Source: a virus | Length of the DNA stretch: 64,000 nt | Virus record (IMG/VR): IMGVR_UViG_3300032893_000025 | Location: 15,336 to 79,335 of that record | Direction: 5' to 3' (one strand) | Part shown: piece after piece, positions 50,173 to 59,852 of the stretch | Layout: every line of letters starts with the position of its first letter | How positions within the stretch are numbered: position 1 is the first letter of the stretch | Position numbers and translations under genes: made by a program | The notes under the pieces: model-generated | What the model saw: the letters and a program-made list of their open reading frames with translations, nothing else | What the model was told of the DNA's origin: nothing | Databases searched by the model: none

Positions 50173-50643
50173 TTAAATATCTAAGCATGTTATATTATAA
50201 AAAAAAATTCCACTGATTACTTCAAATTCAATCAAATTTCTATTACCATTTGTTGGATCAAAAATATCTGATTTAGGATTTGGAGTGAATGCATTTAAAT
50301 TAGGTAAGGTAGATTCATTGCCTATACAAATAAAATAAGCCTTACCTCTTTCAATACTTCCAGGTGCAACTGTTAAAGTTAATGCTCCTGAAGCCATATC
50401 ATAAGGATGGTATTCTTTACCATAAGCATTCGTTAAATCTATTGCATTTGAACCTGTTGTTAAAGTTCCTACTGCTGGAAGAGTTACTACTCCTCCCTCT
50501 CCAAAATAACTTAGAGAATTCCAACGAGTTGTCCCATCTCCTAACTTAACTCTATTAGTATCAGTTTCTACACCAAATACTTCATCTGGTAAAACTGGAT
50601 TTCCAGCAGTCCAATTAACTGCTAAATTTTTAATAAAATCCAT
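50173..50643 (-). CDS. Virion fibre/adaptor protein with hyaluronidase/Mtd-type N-terminal domain
   Basis: WTA.NPVL...GVETDT...KLGDG.T.WN.L.Y motif, typical of Mtd N-terminal and head-fibre domains. Confidence 0.7.
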   Translation of the reverse strand: MDFIKNLAVNWTAGNPVLPDEVFGVETDTNRVKLGDGTTRWNSLSYFGEGGVVTLPAVGTLTTGSNAIDLTNAYGKEYHPYDMASGALTLTVAPGSIERGKAYFICIGNESTLPNLNAFTPNPKSDIFDPTNGNRNLIEFEVISGIFFYNITCLDI

Positions 50644-50644
50644 T

Positions 50645-51151
50645 TTATTTAAATTTTTTAGATTTGTGTTTAAATTCTTTATCTAAGTCTCCTAAAGGTT
50701 TATTAGTTTCTTTATACATTTCAACTTTATCAATCCAGAATAATGCATCAGATTCTTCTGAAATTTGTTCATTAATAAACCAATTTAAAGCTTGGTATGT
50801 AACTAAATCTCCTTCATCTATACTTACCTTAGCAATATTAACTATATTCTTAGTAGTATCTAATTCCTTTTCATAAGTTTTATTAAGAATATCTTCTATA
50901 TCTTTAAAATCTCTTTGGGGTAATTCTGGAGAAGGAGTTATAGGAAGTGCATCTCTATCTTGCAAATAGTTAGCGAATCTTATACCATGACCTCTTTCTT
51001 CTTCTGAATGTTTAGCATATAATTCCGCTCCACCAAACCATCCATTATAGTTTAACCATTCAGACATGGCTTGATATAACATTGAATTATTATACTCTCT
51101 TTTTATCTGGTCATTTATAAGACCTTCTATTTTTGAACTTACTTGTTTCAT
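50645..51151 (-). CDS. Non-heme ferritin
   Basis: 168 aa; N.QI..E...LY.AM..W, EEE..H, E..T and WF..EQ..EE ferroxidase-centre pattern. Confidence 0.9.
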   Translation of the reverse strand: MKQVSSKIEGLINDQIKREYNNSMLYQAMSEWLNYNGWFGGAELYAKHSEEERGHGIRFANYLQDRDALPITPSPELPQRDFKDIEDILNKTYEKELDTTKNIVNIAKVSIDEGDLVTYQALNWFINEQISEESDALFWIDKVEMYKETNKPLGDLDKEFKHKSKKFK

Positions 51152-51657
51152 ACTTTAAAAATTTCTTTTAGTCTTTCATAATTAAGCCAAACATCCCCAC
51201 CTTTTTCTATAACTTCTAACTCTTCTTTTGTTAGAAACTTAGAATAATAAGATATTACTTTTTTATTTTTAATCTCTATATATTCTTTTAGCAATACTTC
51301 TTCAGAGAATTTATTCATACTATTTCTAATAGACATAGGAAAATCTCCATTGTGAATCATACCCAAAACTGTAGGTAATAATTTCTTCTTCCCTTTAAAG
51401 TTTCTAAATATTTCTAATCCATTGGAAGCCAATACACCATAAGCTACTAACTCCACTAAGTTTTTATTATTATTAAGAATATCTATTACAACTTCAGCAT
51501 AAATATCTGGGCCCCCTTCGCAAGAAAAATATACTGTAGTAATCATATCAGAAGTAGGTATAACAGATAATTTCTCTATTAATTTATCTATATCTTCGTT
51601 CTCTATTCCACCCTTTATAAAAATAAATGGACTATTATCCAACATCTCATCTTTCAT
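51148..51657 (-). CDS. ClpP-like serine protease
   Basis: FSCEGG (INSPGG-like), GVLASNG (Ser), MIH (His), GDVWL (Asp). Confidence 0.75.
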   Translation of the reverse strand: MKDEMLDNSPFIFIKGGIENEDIDKLIEKLSVIPTSDMITTVYFSCEGGPDIYAEVVIDILNNNKNLVELVAYGVLASNGLEIFRNFKGKKKLLPTVLGMIHNGDFPMSIRNSMNKFSEEVLLKEYIEIKNKKVISYYSKFLTKEELEVIEKGGDVWLNYERLKEIFKV

Positions 51658-51677
51658 AATATAATAAATTTAAGTTA

Positions 51678-54170
51678 TTACTTTGAGTATTTATTTCTAT
51701 TAGTTTTTGCAATTTTAAGTTTAGTATTTATATCTTTTTCTCTTAATTTTAATTCTTTTTTCTTTAAATCTACATTATCCTTCTGCTCTTTTTCTTTAAG
51801 TTGTAATTCCTTATTTTTAAAGGCAGTTTCATAAGAATGTTTGCTTTGTTCTAAAAATAGTTTACCTTGCTCTAATACATCAGGGATATTATTGGCATTC
51901 TCATCCTTATTAACATCAAATCCCAATGCTTGTATTTGAGCTTTCTGTAAATCTACTTCTCTATCTAATTGTTTATTTAAATCTTCTCTATCTAATTTTT
52001 CATACTCAAGTTGCATTTTTGCATCGTATTCTGCTTTTCTTTGATCTAACTCCATTTGAGTCTTTTGCATTTCCTGTTCTTGAGTTTGTTGATCCATTTC
52101 TTGTTTCTTTTGTTCCCAAGCTTCAATTTTCTTTTGTAACACCCCAGGATCTTTAGTTCTTCCTAAATCCATTATAATAGATAGAGGAGTTCCATTTTGA
52201 AGTAATCTGTCTATATTACTTCTAAGATTTTGTAACATTTGTTGATCTTCAGCATTATCATTTGTACTAATATTATATTCTGTTTCTGCAAACACATCTC
52301 CATCAAAATCTAATACTGCTAAACTACCATCATCTAAAACATACTGTTTAGTAAAGGATTTACCTTTCCAAGCTATTTTACAAGTTTCTACAAATGCCCT
52401 TAAAGCTTTTATTCTAGTATAATTATGTATAGCAAATTGTCTCTCTGTACTTAAACTACTTTGAGTTACTGCTATTTCTACTCCACCTTTAGTTTCTCTA
52501 TTATCTACAGCTCCACGTCTTTGTGGTGTGATTCCCATTAATTCATCACATTCTCTTTTAATAAGTTCCAACATTTGAATATGAGTTTGTATTTCAGCAC
52601 CAAAACTCATATCAATTTCTGTAGGAACATTCTGCATACTACCAGCTAATTTACCTGTAGCTACACCTTTATTCCCCTCGTTAAAAGCATCATAAGGTAT
52701 CCATCCTAATTGAGTAGCATAATACATTATCTTATCCATCGGCCAATCAGCAGGTAATAAATGTAATGGTAATATACCAATTTTACCAACAGATTTTATA
52801 AGAAAATGTTGTAGTCTATACATATAAGCATTATAAGCATATTGATATTGCTTAGCCATACTTACTATAGATTTAGATTTATTACCAGCTAAATTTATAG
52901 CAGTACCTACAATACCAGGACTACATATAGATGGATTATCTCTATGTCTACTCTGAAATGGAAGTACTTGCATTTTAGCATATTTATCATACCCTATTTT
53001 AGTACCTTCATACCATTCAGAAATCCAAATCCACTTTACATTTTCTCCTTTATCTTTATTAGGTTTATATTGTTCTGGGACAAACTTTTTAAGTTCATTC
53101 CTATCTTTATCAAAATAGGTTAATACTCCTATTTTTCTCATACCTCTCCAGAGAACTCTTATTACCCTAACATTACCTTCAGCATCATAATAACCACCAA
53201 ATGCTGACGTTAAACTTCTACTTGCATATAATATATCTTCAGGATCTCCTTCAGCAGTAAATCCTTGCCCCAGCATACTTTCCCCGAAATTAACTGGATA
53301 GTTATACAAAGAATTAACTATACCCCCCTTACTTACAGAGTGGTGTTCCTCTAAATCTTGTATATCTTGATCTGTTAAATATTCGTGGTATCTGTCAATA
53401 ACTTCTCCTACAGGGAAAAACTGATCTATAATAATAGCGTCAGCATCTTCTATATCTTGGGATGTACCACTTCTTAAAGTATGCACAAATTTGGGATCTA
53501 TTCTTTCGAGTACTGGTTCCCCACCAAGTATATCTGTAATATATATTTCTTCTCCTTGTATCTCTAAATCTTCAAATCCTCTACTAAATGTTTCTTTAAA
53601 GAATTTAGTTTCAAATCCCCAATCAATAAGTTGTTGAACCATTCTTTCATGTCTGGTTCTATAATCTAATCTCCACTTATTAAAATCTCCTAATTCTTTT
53701 TCAGTTTGTTTTTTATCAAAGTTATCTGCTACTAATCTTTGTAATGCCCAGGAATCAAATTCCTTTTGTACAGTTTCCAATTTCTCATTTACAACATCTT
53801 CATTAACAACTGTAGTAACCGGAATGAAATTTCTTTTTCTTTCTTCCCCAAAAAGTATTTCAAGGTTTTTATTTATAATAGGATAATTCTTGTAAGTAGA
53901 TGGAAATTCAAAATCTCCATTAAGTTTTAAAGGGTTCATAACAGATTCCATTTCAGCTCTGTCAAGAATACCATTAATAAGATTTGAGTTAATTATTTTT
54001 TCTCTCCTGGATGCACGTATATTTGTAAAACTACTCTGATTCCACCAAAGTATATTTATACCTGCTTCTATGCAGTCTCTAAAATACTTTTGGTCATTAG
54101 CATATTTTTGATTATCAGATCTACTATGGTATGGAAAATATGTAGGACTCTTTTGAATATAAGTTTCCAT
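51678..54170 (-). CDS. Portal protein
   Basis: 830 aa; NYPII...L.GEE..R, WYEGTKIG, GIT.QR.G and ET.GGVE motifs; follows the terminase gene. Confidence 0.9.
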   Translation of the reverse strand: METYIQKSPTYFPYHSRSDNQKYANDQKYFRDCIEAGINILWWNQSSFTNIRASRREKIINSNLINGILDRAEMESVMNPLKLNGDFEFPSTYKNYPIINKNLEILFGEERKRNFIPVTTVVNEDVVNEKLETVQKEFDSWALQRLVADNFDKKQTEKELGDFNKWRLDYRTRHERMVQQLIDWGFETKFFKETFSRGFEDLEIQGEEIYITDILGGEPVLERIDPKFVHTLRSGTSQDIEDADAIIIDQFFPVGEVIDRYHEYLTDQDIQDLEEHHSVSKGGIVNSLYNYPVNFGESMLGQGFTAEGDPEDILYASRSLTSAFGGYYDAEGNVRVIRVLWRGMRKIGVLTYFDKDRNELKKFVPEQYKPNKDKGENVKWIWISEWYEGTKIGYDKYAKMQVLPFQSRHRDNPSICSPGIVGTAINLAGNKSKSIVSMAKQYQYAYNAYMYRLQHFLIKSVGKIGILPLHLLPADWPMDKIMYYATQLGWIPYDAFNEGNKGVATGKLAGSMQNVPTEIDMSFGAEIQTHIQMLELIKRECDELMGITPQRRGAVDNRETKGGVEIAVTQSSLSTERQFAIHNYTRIKALRAFVETCKIAWKGKSFTKQYVLDDGSLAVLDFDGDVFAETEYNISTNDNAEDQQMLQNLRSNIDRLLQNGTPLSIIMDLGRTKDPGVLQKKIEAWEQKKQEMDQQTQEQEMQKTQMELDQRKAEYDAKMQLEYEKLDREDLNKQLDREVDLQKAQIQALGFDVNKDENANNIPDVLEQGKLFLEQSKHSYETAFKNKELQLKEKEQKDNVDLKKKELKLREKDINTKLKIAKTNRNKYSK

Positions 54171-54212
54171 TATAAATTATTATCAGGTAAAATTATTACT
54201 TAATTTTCACAA

Positions 54213-56447
54213 TTAATTATTAGTTGGTGAATATTTTTGTTTATTATAACTAAAATATTTGTCTTGGTCATTATAAATAGGTTTATACATTCTATTAAAA
54301 AAATCACTATCTGCTAAAGTTTTTACTTTCTCTTGCATTTTTCTTACTTCATATTTAGCTAAGTCTTCTCTATAGATCATAAGCATAATCATAGAAGAAA
54401 CTCTATCGAAGTTTCCATCTGGATTCCAACAAATAAGTTCATTTAAATATCCTATACTTCTTATTTTATGCAGATTTAACTTACCAGTTTCTTCTTCCCC
54501 ATAAGCAGAACTTACTAACCAATCTGCTTGTAATCTTCTTCCCCAAGCATTAACTTGAGCACTAGCATTAGTACCTTTAGCTCTATTACCAGTTAAAGAT
54601 CCTTTAGCATAATCCATATCCTTTAATATTTGAGGGGTATCACATAATAAATGTAGACAATTATGATGGTCAAAATAACTAAATAACCCCTTTTTATTAT
54701 TTTCATAATTAGCAGTAGCTCCATAAAATAATAACAATCTCCTACATATCTCAAAAAACTCATTAGCTGTTCTTGGTCTTCCCGTATATTCCGCTACAAT
54801 CCTATCTGTTAGTCTATCAAATATAAATATAGATGGCAAAGAATCTGTACTCACACCAGAGTCATCATCAATTGGGTCAATTCCAGCTATATATCTAAAT
54901 CTTGATGTTATACCTTCACTATTCTTTATAGGCATTTCAAATATTTCTAATGCTCCAGTTTTATCTGTATTATCTTTTAATGGATAATCCCTTATAGGTA
55001 ATAAGATAGGATCTGGTCTAAATTCTATACCATTAGATGGGGTTATAATTAAATTACCTATATTATGTACTCTGGTAAAGTGTACAATATTTGGCATTAT
55101 ATCCGATAGATATTCTTTTAAATCTAATACTGGAAATATAGAACCTTCTCTCCTCATTACAGCTTCCTGAGGAGTAATTGGACTTTCAGCTTTTTCCTGT
55201 ACTAATGCATTGGGATCTGTAGTACCTTTACGTACAGTTTCCCTCTGTATCATTATTTCTATTAATGCTTTTATAACATCACTATTTCCATCTTTATCAT
55301 AACAACCAGATCTATTTAAATACTCAGGCACAAAAAAGGAACATTCTCCTACCCCATTAAGCTTATCATAGACATTTCTTAATGGTTTTATACCATAACC
55401 TCTAGGACTATAAAAAAACTTTAAGGCAGCTTCAAAATTAGCTCCTATAGTACCACCAGTACCTGTTGCTAACATAAACCCAAATACAAATCTTCCCTGT
55501 TCTACAGATTTTCTTGCAATACCCCAAGTAGTTTCTAACCCTGGAAAATCTCCAGATTCATCAAAATCTAATAGTTTCCCCCTCTTACCACGTCCTTTAC
55601 TTGGATCATCTTTACAAGTTATAGCAAATACCTCACTCATCATACCTTTTTCAGTTCTGAGTTCAATATCTTTATAAGATGCTTTCTTATACATTTCTGT
55701 ATCTTTATACTCTCTAGGTTGAGTAAACGGAGTATTATCATCTACAAAATTTATACAATCTATAGCTTTAGACATAATACCATCTCTAATAAGAAACTCT
55801 GACTCTGACGCAAAAAGAAAAGTTTTACTTCTTTTTATATGGTGATAGTTTCTATCAGCCATAGATCCTCCTTTATAGGAATACCCTCTTCCTCTGGTCT
55901 TGAGTACATTTCCATGTTTTCCATTAGCTTCAGCATCTTCTACATAATGAAAAAACCAATAATCCCCATCCCAAACATCAGGAAAATCTTCTATACGATC
56001 AGATCTGGCACCTTCTATTACTCTCACTAATTGTATTCTAGTATAGTTCAGATAATGATAATAATATCCAGGAATCCACTCTCCATCATCTCTAACATAA
56101 CCTTCTAAACATCTTCTTCTCTCTTCATCCCAAAACTTTCTGTAATCACTATTAGGATTAGTGTTTGGGTAAAGATGTGTGTAAACTCCATGTTTTTTAT
56201 AGTATAGAGCAGCAGGTCTAAAATAATCCATATCTTCCAATATATGAGGATTCTCTAAATCTACTATAACTCTTCCCAACTTATCTTTAGGCATATCTTT
56301 AACCTTACGTCTTTTAGTAGAAGTTAAGTTTTTAATAAGTAATATCTTTTCTAAACACTCCATAAATTCTCCTTTAGATCTACTGTCTATAGTTGACAAC
56401 AGTTCTTCAGTAATTGGAGTATTATATTTGTTTACAATTATATCCAT
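54213..56447 (-). CDS. terL: Terminase large subunit
   Basis: Walker A KTRGRGYS, Walker B FDESG, GTGG motif, RNase-H IDPID, NFDRVS; no intein or intron. Confidence 0.93.
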   Translation of the reverse strand: MDIIVNKYNTPITEELLSTIDSRSKGEFMECLEKILLIKNLTSTKRRKVKDMPKDKLGRVIVDLENPHILEDMDYFRPAALYYKKHGVYTHLYPNTNPNSDYRKFWDEERRRCLEGYVRDDGEWIPGYYYHYLNYTRIQLVRVIEGARSDRIEDFPDVWDGDYWFFHYVEDAEANGKHGNVLKTRGRGYSYKGGSMADRNYHHIKRSKTFLFASESEFLIRDGIMSKAIDCINFVDDNTPFTQPREYKDTEMYKKASYKDIELRTEKGMMSEVFAITCKDDPSKGRGKRGKLLDFDESGDFPGLETTWGIARKSVEQGRFVFGFMLATGTGGTIGANFEAALKFFYSPRGYGIKPLRNVYDKLNGVGECSFFVPEYLNRSGCYDKDGNSDVIKALIEIMIQRETVRKGTTDPNALVQEKAESPITPQEAVMRREGSIFPVLDLKEYLSDIMPNIVHFTRVHNIGNLIITPSNGIEFRPDPILLPIRDYPLKDNTDKTGALEIFEMPIKNSEGITSRFRYIAGIDPIDDDSGVSTDSLPSIFIFDRLTDRIVAEYTGRPRTANEFFEICRRLLLFYGATANYENNKKGLFSYFDHHNCLHLLCDTPQILKDMDYAKGSLTGNRAKGTNASAQVNAWGRRLQADWLVSSAYGEEETGKLNLHKIRSIGYLNELICWNPDGNFDRVSSMIMLMIYREDLAKYEVRKMQEKVKTLADSDFFNRMYKPIYNDQDKYFSYNKQKYSPTNN

Positions 56448-57004
56448 TAATCTACGTACATTCCTTTCTTTCTACCAGCTCTAAGAGTATTACCAGCATC
56501 CATTTCTTTCTTTACCTCATCTTCTAACTCTTTTAGAGCAGCTAATATTGCAGGTACTTGTTTTATAGTATCGGCATATTTCTTTATGTCGTGCTTGGGT
56601 TTTATATCCCCAGTCTTTTCATTAATCTCAACTTCATTAAAATTAATATCTCGTATATAAGTACTGAGTTTGCTTATACCATTTCTAGCATCTTCTAATA
56701 ATTGTAAGGCAACACTTCTATTTCTTTCTCTATAGAACTCTACAGCATCTAAAACAATTTTATCTGGTTTCCAAGATTTATTTAAATCAGTGTATTTTAT
56801 TACTTCTATAGACCTTTCTATTTCATCTAAAATATTACTAAAGTCTGATTTAAAATCGCACATAAAGAAAACATAAGCTAACTCTTTTAAAGCTACATCT
56901 TTATCCTTAGATTTATCCCTATCCCATATTTTCTTAAATGGAGTAAGACTATAAGCTTCCGGTTGTATCTCCAGTTTGTAATTCTTCAGTTGAAATAGTT
57001 GCAT
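56447..57004 (-). CDS. Conserved crAss-like protein upstream of terL (possible small terminase)
   Basis: 185 aa; FKKIWDRDKSKDK..A..EL motif; TAATG-coupled to terL. Confidence 0.6.
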   Translation of the reverse strand: MQLFQLKNYKLEIQPEAYSLTPFKKIWDRDKSKDKDVALKELAYVFFMCDFKSDFSNILDEIERSIEVIKYTDLNKSWKPDKIVLDAVEFYRERNRSVALQLLEDARNGISKLSTYIRDINFNEVEINEKTGDIKPKHDIKKYADTIKQVPAILAALKELEDEVKKEMDAGNTLRAGRKKGMYVD

Positions 57005-57239
57005 TCTTTTTAATATAATATTCTTTTAATTTCTTTCTTAAATCTTTAGGAACATAAAATATTCCCCAATAAGGAATTCTTAATGTGGGGAATATATCCT
57101 TTGTTCCATCTGTATCATTTCTCATAGATTCTACCTGGAATTCAAAGATACTATTTATAATATCTAGAACTTCTCCTCTAGGAATCTTATGAGTATTTGA
57201 TACATTGATTATAGATTGTCTTGTCTTCTCATGTCTCAT
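56949..57239 (-). CDS. IHF/HU-like DNA-binding protein
   Basis: 96 aa; two helices followed by LRIPYWGIFYV (HU-like G.F). Confidence 0.55.
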   Translation of the reverse strand: MRHEKTRQSIINVSNTHKIPRGEVLDIINSIFEFQVESMRNDTDGTKDIFPTLRIPYWGIFYVPKDLRKKLKEYYIKKNATISTEELQTGDTTGSL

Positions 57240-57369
57240 ACCATAATATTATTCACAAAGTACTATACAAAAACTCTTTAATATATATACTTTCTCTTTA
57301 TTATAAAGAACCACATAAAACTCATGTGTTTCATTAATAACATTTCTAATAGTATTTAAAGGAATTACA

Positions 57370-57528
57370 TTATTCCTTTTTGTTACTTTTATCTTCATGT
57401 ATTATAGGATCAAGTTCTATAGAATATATTTTGCTATGTGTATCACATAAGGGAACATTATCTACTACTTTAGTAGCTTTAACCTTTTTATTCTCTATAT
57501 CACATGCTACACAATATTGTGTTTTCAT
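57370..57528 (-). CDS. Small Zn-finger-like protein (not in ORF track)
   Basis: 52 aa MKTQYCVACDIENKKVKATKVVDNVPLCDTH...; CxxC...CxxH. Confidence 0.5.
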   Translation of the reverse strand: MKTQYCVACDIENKKVKATKVVDNVPLCDTHSKIYSIELDPIIHEDKSNKKE

Positions 57529-57536
57529 AATATTAC

Positions 57537-58541
57537 TTATCTTGGTATTGCTGAAATTACTTTCTTATTTATAAATTTATCTCCTTGTTTGGCTCTACTT
57601 AAACTACCACAGTCTTTACATCTGTAAAGTTGGTACTGTACTGCCTGAGTATAAAACTTCTTATCAACTTCTATCATTAAATTTTGGCTTCCACAGGAAG
57701 GACAGTGTGGTAAATTATCATCAAAATAAAGATCTAGGTTTGGTAATCCTTTGGCAAAAGGTCTTAACTTAATAAACACATCTTCTAAAACTTCTACGTC
57801 ATGTTTATTATAAAGTTCCATATATTCTAAGGACTCTTCATCTCCTTGTAAACATTTAACCCATAATTCAAAATCTGTATCATACTTACCTTCTATACCT
57901 AGAAGATTAGCAAGATGTTGCAGTTTATTACTACTAAACCCAAATTGATTCTTTGCTATTATCTTTGTATCTATTTGTTTGTAACTTGATGGGGAAGATA
58001 ATCCGGTCACTAAAAATCTTGAATTAATTTTAGGTATATCAAAAGTATTACCATTATGCGCGATAACCATATCTGCATCATCTAATAATGACCAAAGTTT
58101 CTTCACAATTCTTTTATCATTTTCAGATTTTGCCTCATCTCCAGTAAGTCTTTCAGATAAAATAGTAGATTCTCCTAACCATTTCGCACTCCACGTAAGC
58201 ATAAACCAATCTGAAATTATTTGTGGTAAAGAAATATCTTGTTTCCAAAGTCTCCACACATAAGCTTTTATTGGAGCCGTTTCAATATCAAGTAATAGTA
58301 TCTTAGGTTTATTTGTAATATTTTTACCAACTCTTCTTGACTCTTTCCAAATTACTTTTCCACTATTATATTCATCGTTAAATTTCCACACAAATCCAAA
58401 ACTTCTTCTCTCTAAATTTATAGCTCTTCTTATCGTACTTTCATTACAACCCATAACTCTGGCAGCATTAGCGATACTGTCATACTCTTTTACAAAAGTT
58501 CCATCTAGTTTAAACTGAGATACTTTCCTTCTGTTATCCAT
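57537..58541 (-). CDS. RNase H-fold (DEDD-type) 3'-5' exonuclease with N-terminal NUMOD1-like HTH and C-terminal Zn ribbon
   Basis: V.QF.LDG.F.KEY.S...AAR; LLDIET; HNG..FD; YN..DV; CPSCG...CKDCG. Confidence 0.82.
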   Translation of the reverse strand: MDNRRKVSQFKLDGTFVKEYDSIANAARVMGCNESTIRRAINLERRSFGFVWKFNDEYNSGKVIWKESRRVGKNITNKPKILLLDIETAPIKAYVWRLWKQDISLPQIISDWFMLTWSAKWLGESTILSERLTGDEAKSENDKRIVKKLWSLLDDADMVIAHNGNTFDIPKINSRFLVTGLSSPSSYKQIDTKIIAKNQFGFSSNKLQHLANLLGIEGKYDTDFELWVKCLQGDEESLEYMELYNKHDVEVLEDVFIKLRPFAKGLPNLDLYFDDNLPHCPSCGSQNLMIEVDKKFYTQAVQYQLYRCKDCGSLSRAKQGDKFINKKVISAIPR

Positions 58542-58726
58542 ATATAATTATCATAAGTTACTGTTTTTACTTGATTCCTGTTTGGTATTACTTCTAATAC
58601 AACTGTGTATCTATTATTCTTTTGAAACAATTTAGTTGTTTCAGATACATAATTCACTAACTCTTCAGTAGTATTGAAGTAAGTATATTTAATATCACAA
58701 GGATCAAGTTCCGTTAGTTGTATCAT
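58505..58726 (-). CDS. Hypothetical protein
   Basis: 73-aa ORF overlapping both neighbours. Confidence 0.45.
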   Translation of the reverse strand: MIQLTELDPCDIKYTYFNTTEELVNYVSETTKLFQKNNRYTVVLEVIPNRNQVKTVTYDNYIWITEGKYLSLN

Positions 58727-59108
58727 TTGGAATTAAGTTGAATGTTATTTTCATTGAAACTGGTATAATTAGTTTCTTATTTAAACAACTGTGTCCATAT
58801 TGGTCTTCAATTACAAAGTTTTTACTTCTTAAGTAAGTTATAAGACTTAAAATACCTTGCCTATTCATAGGATAATTTTCTGTAGATAATTTATCAGCTA
58901 TTTCCTGGTAAGTATCATAATCAAAGATTAATCTATTTCTTTCCCTTTCTGGGAGATTTATATATTTATAATGTTTCTCAAATAGTAAAGCCAACACATC
59001 TTTTCCCCTAGGTCTTAACTCTGAGAAGGGTGGAATGAAATCAAATATTTCTACTAAATCTCTCCAATAATTTTTTGTCTTTATTGGTATTGTAATACCT
59101 TTATCCAT
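58704..59108 (-). CDS. Winged-HTH DNA-binding protein (RepL-like)
   Basis: LRP...DVLA.L; FDYDT..EIA.KL...I..LR.K pattern; has its own promoter. Confidence 0.6.
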   Translation of the reverse strand: MDKGITIPIKTKNYWRDLVEIFDFIPPFSELRPRGKDVLALLFEKHYKYINLPERERNRLIFDYDTYQEIADKLSTENYPMNRQGILSLITYLRSKNFVIEDQYGHSCLNKKLIIPVSMKITFNLIPNDTTNGT

Positions 59109-59127
59109 AGTCTTGTATTTTCCGATT

Positions 59128-59159
59128 CAAACATACGAAATAAATCTGATATTTCCAAA
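59128..59159 (-). promoter_or_regulatory. Bacteroidota sigmaA promoter
   Basis: TTTG-N20-TATGTTTG upstream of 59108. Confidence 0.7.
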
Positions 59160-59191
59160 TTTATTTTAAATAAAAAGAAAAATCCTAAGTT

Positions 59192-59548
59192 TTACTTAGG
59201 ATTCTCTTTCTCCAGTTGTTCCAATTCTTGTTTTAACTCAGCAATTTTAATTTCTTTTTCCTTATTAGTTTCAGTTTCCTTACAAATACTATCTTTATAT
59301 TCTTTAATCCATAAATTACCTAGTTTAATTTCTCTTTCTAAAATAGAAATCTGTTCTTTAACTCTAGTAATTTTGGCTTCTTTCTTTTCAACTAATTCAT
59401 GTGTTTCTAGGTTGTAGATTTTCCAATCTGTTGTTGTAGTAATATAAGGCATACTCCAAAAATTCCAGTAATTACTCCATGATTCTGGGTTATTTAAACA
59501 ACATCTACAAGCACTAGTTCCTGCTAATATACAATTACATATTGACAT
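59192..59548 (-). CDS. Cys-rich N-terminus/coiled-coil protein
   Basis: CNC....ACRCC.NNP followed by a coiled coil. Confidence 0.6.
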   Translation of the reverse strand: MSICNCILAGTSACRCCLNNPESWSNYWNFWSMPYITTTTDWKIYNLETHELVEKKEAKITRVKEQISILEREIKLGNLWIKEYKDSICKETETNKEKEIKIAELKQELEQLEKENPK

Positions 59549-59549
59549 A

Positions 59550-59852
59550 TTATTTCTCCTTTTTATTTTTAATATAAGTTATTCCTTTTCCTTTAGGTAC
59601 TCTTACTTCAATATCTTCTCCTTTATCATTTTTAGCCATTACAGTAGTACTACTATGAAATAAATACCCCTTTAAATGTTTTCTATTCAATCTATTCATC
59701 CAGGATCTCATCATCTTAAATTCTTCATATCCTAAGTTCTTTGGCCTGATGCCACAAAAGATTAAATTTAAGTCTTCTCTACTTAGTTTTTCTTTAGGAT
59801 TATCTTCCAACACTTTGTCATCAATTTCTATACCATTATCAACTTCTGTCAT
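59550..59852 (-). CDS. Hypothetical protein
   Basis: 100-aa ORF in the operon. Confidence 0.6.
   Translation of the reverse strand: MTEVDNGIEIDDKVLEDNPKEKLSREDLNLIFCGIRPKNLGYEEFKMMRSWMNRLNRKHLKGYLFHSSTTVMAKNDKGEDIEVRVPKGKGITYIKNKKEK

Noticed and set aside
30050-50643. Diversity-generating retroelement or invertible tail-fibre switch to explain the paralogous spike genes
   Set aside because: No reverse transcriptase, recombinase, near-identical template/variable repeat pair or flanking inverted repeats were seen; the similarity is only at diverged protein level
43185-56447. Introns or inteins in terminase, portal, capsid or RNAP genes
   Set aside because: The ORFs are continuous and of expected size, with no evident intein (C...HN) or homing-endonuclease insertions
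1873-57574. Short + strand ORFs in the ORF track (e.g. 11301..11759, 21519..21920, 45003..45293) and nested minus-strand ORFs 16489..16686 and 48784..49002
   Set aside because: These are antisense or alternate-frame shadows of long, well-supported genes, with F/S/L/I-rich composition and no motifs
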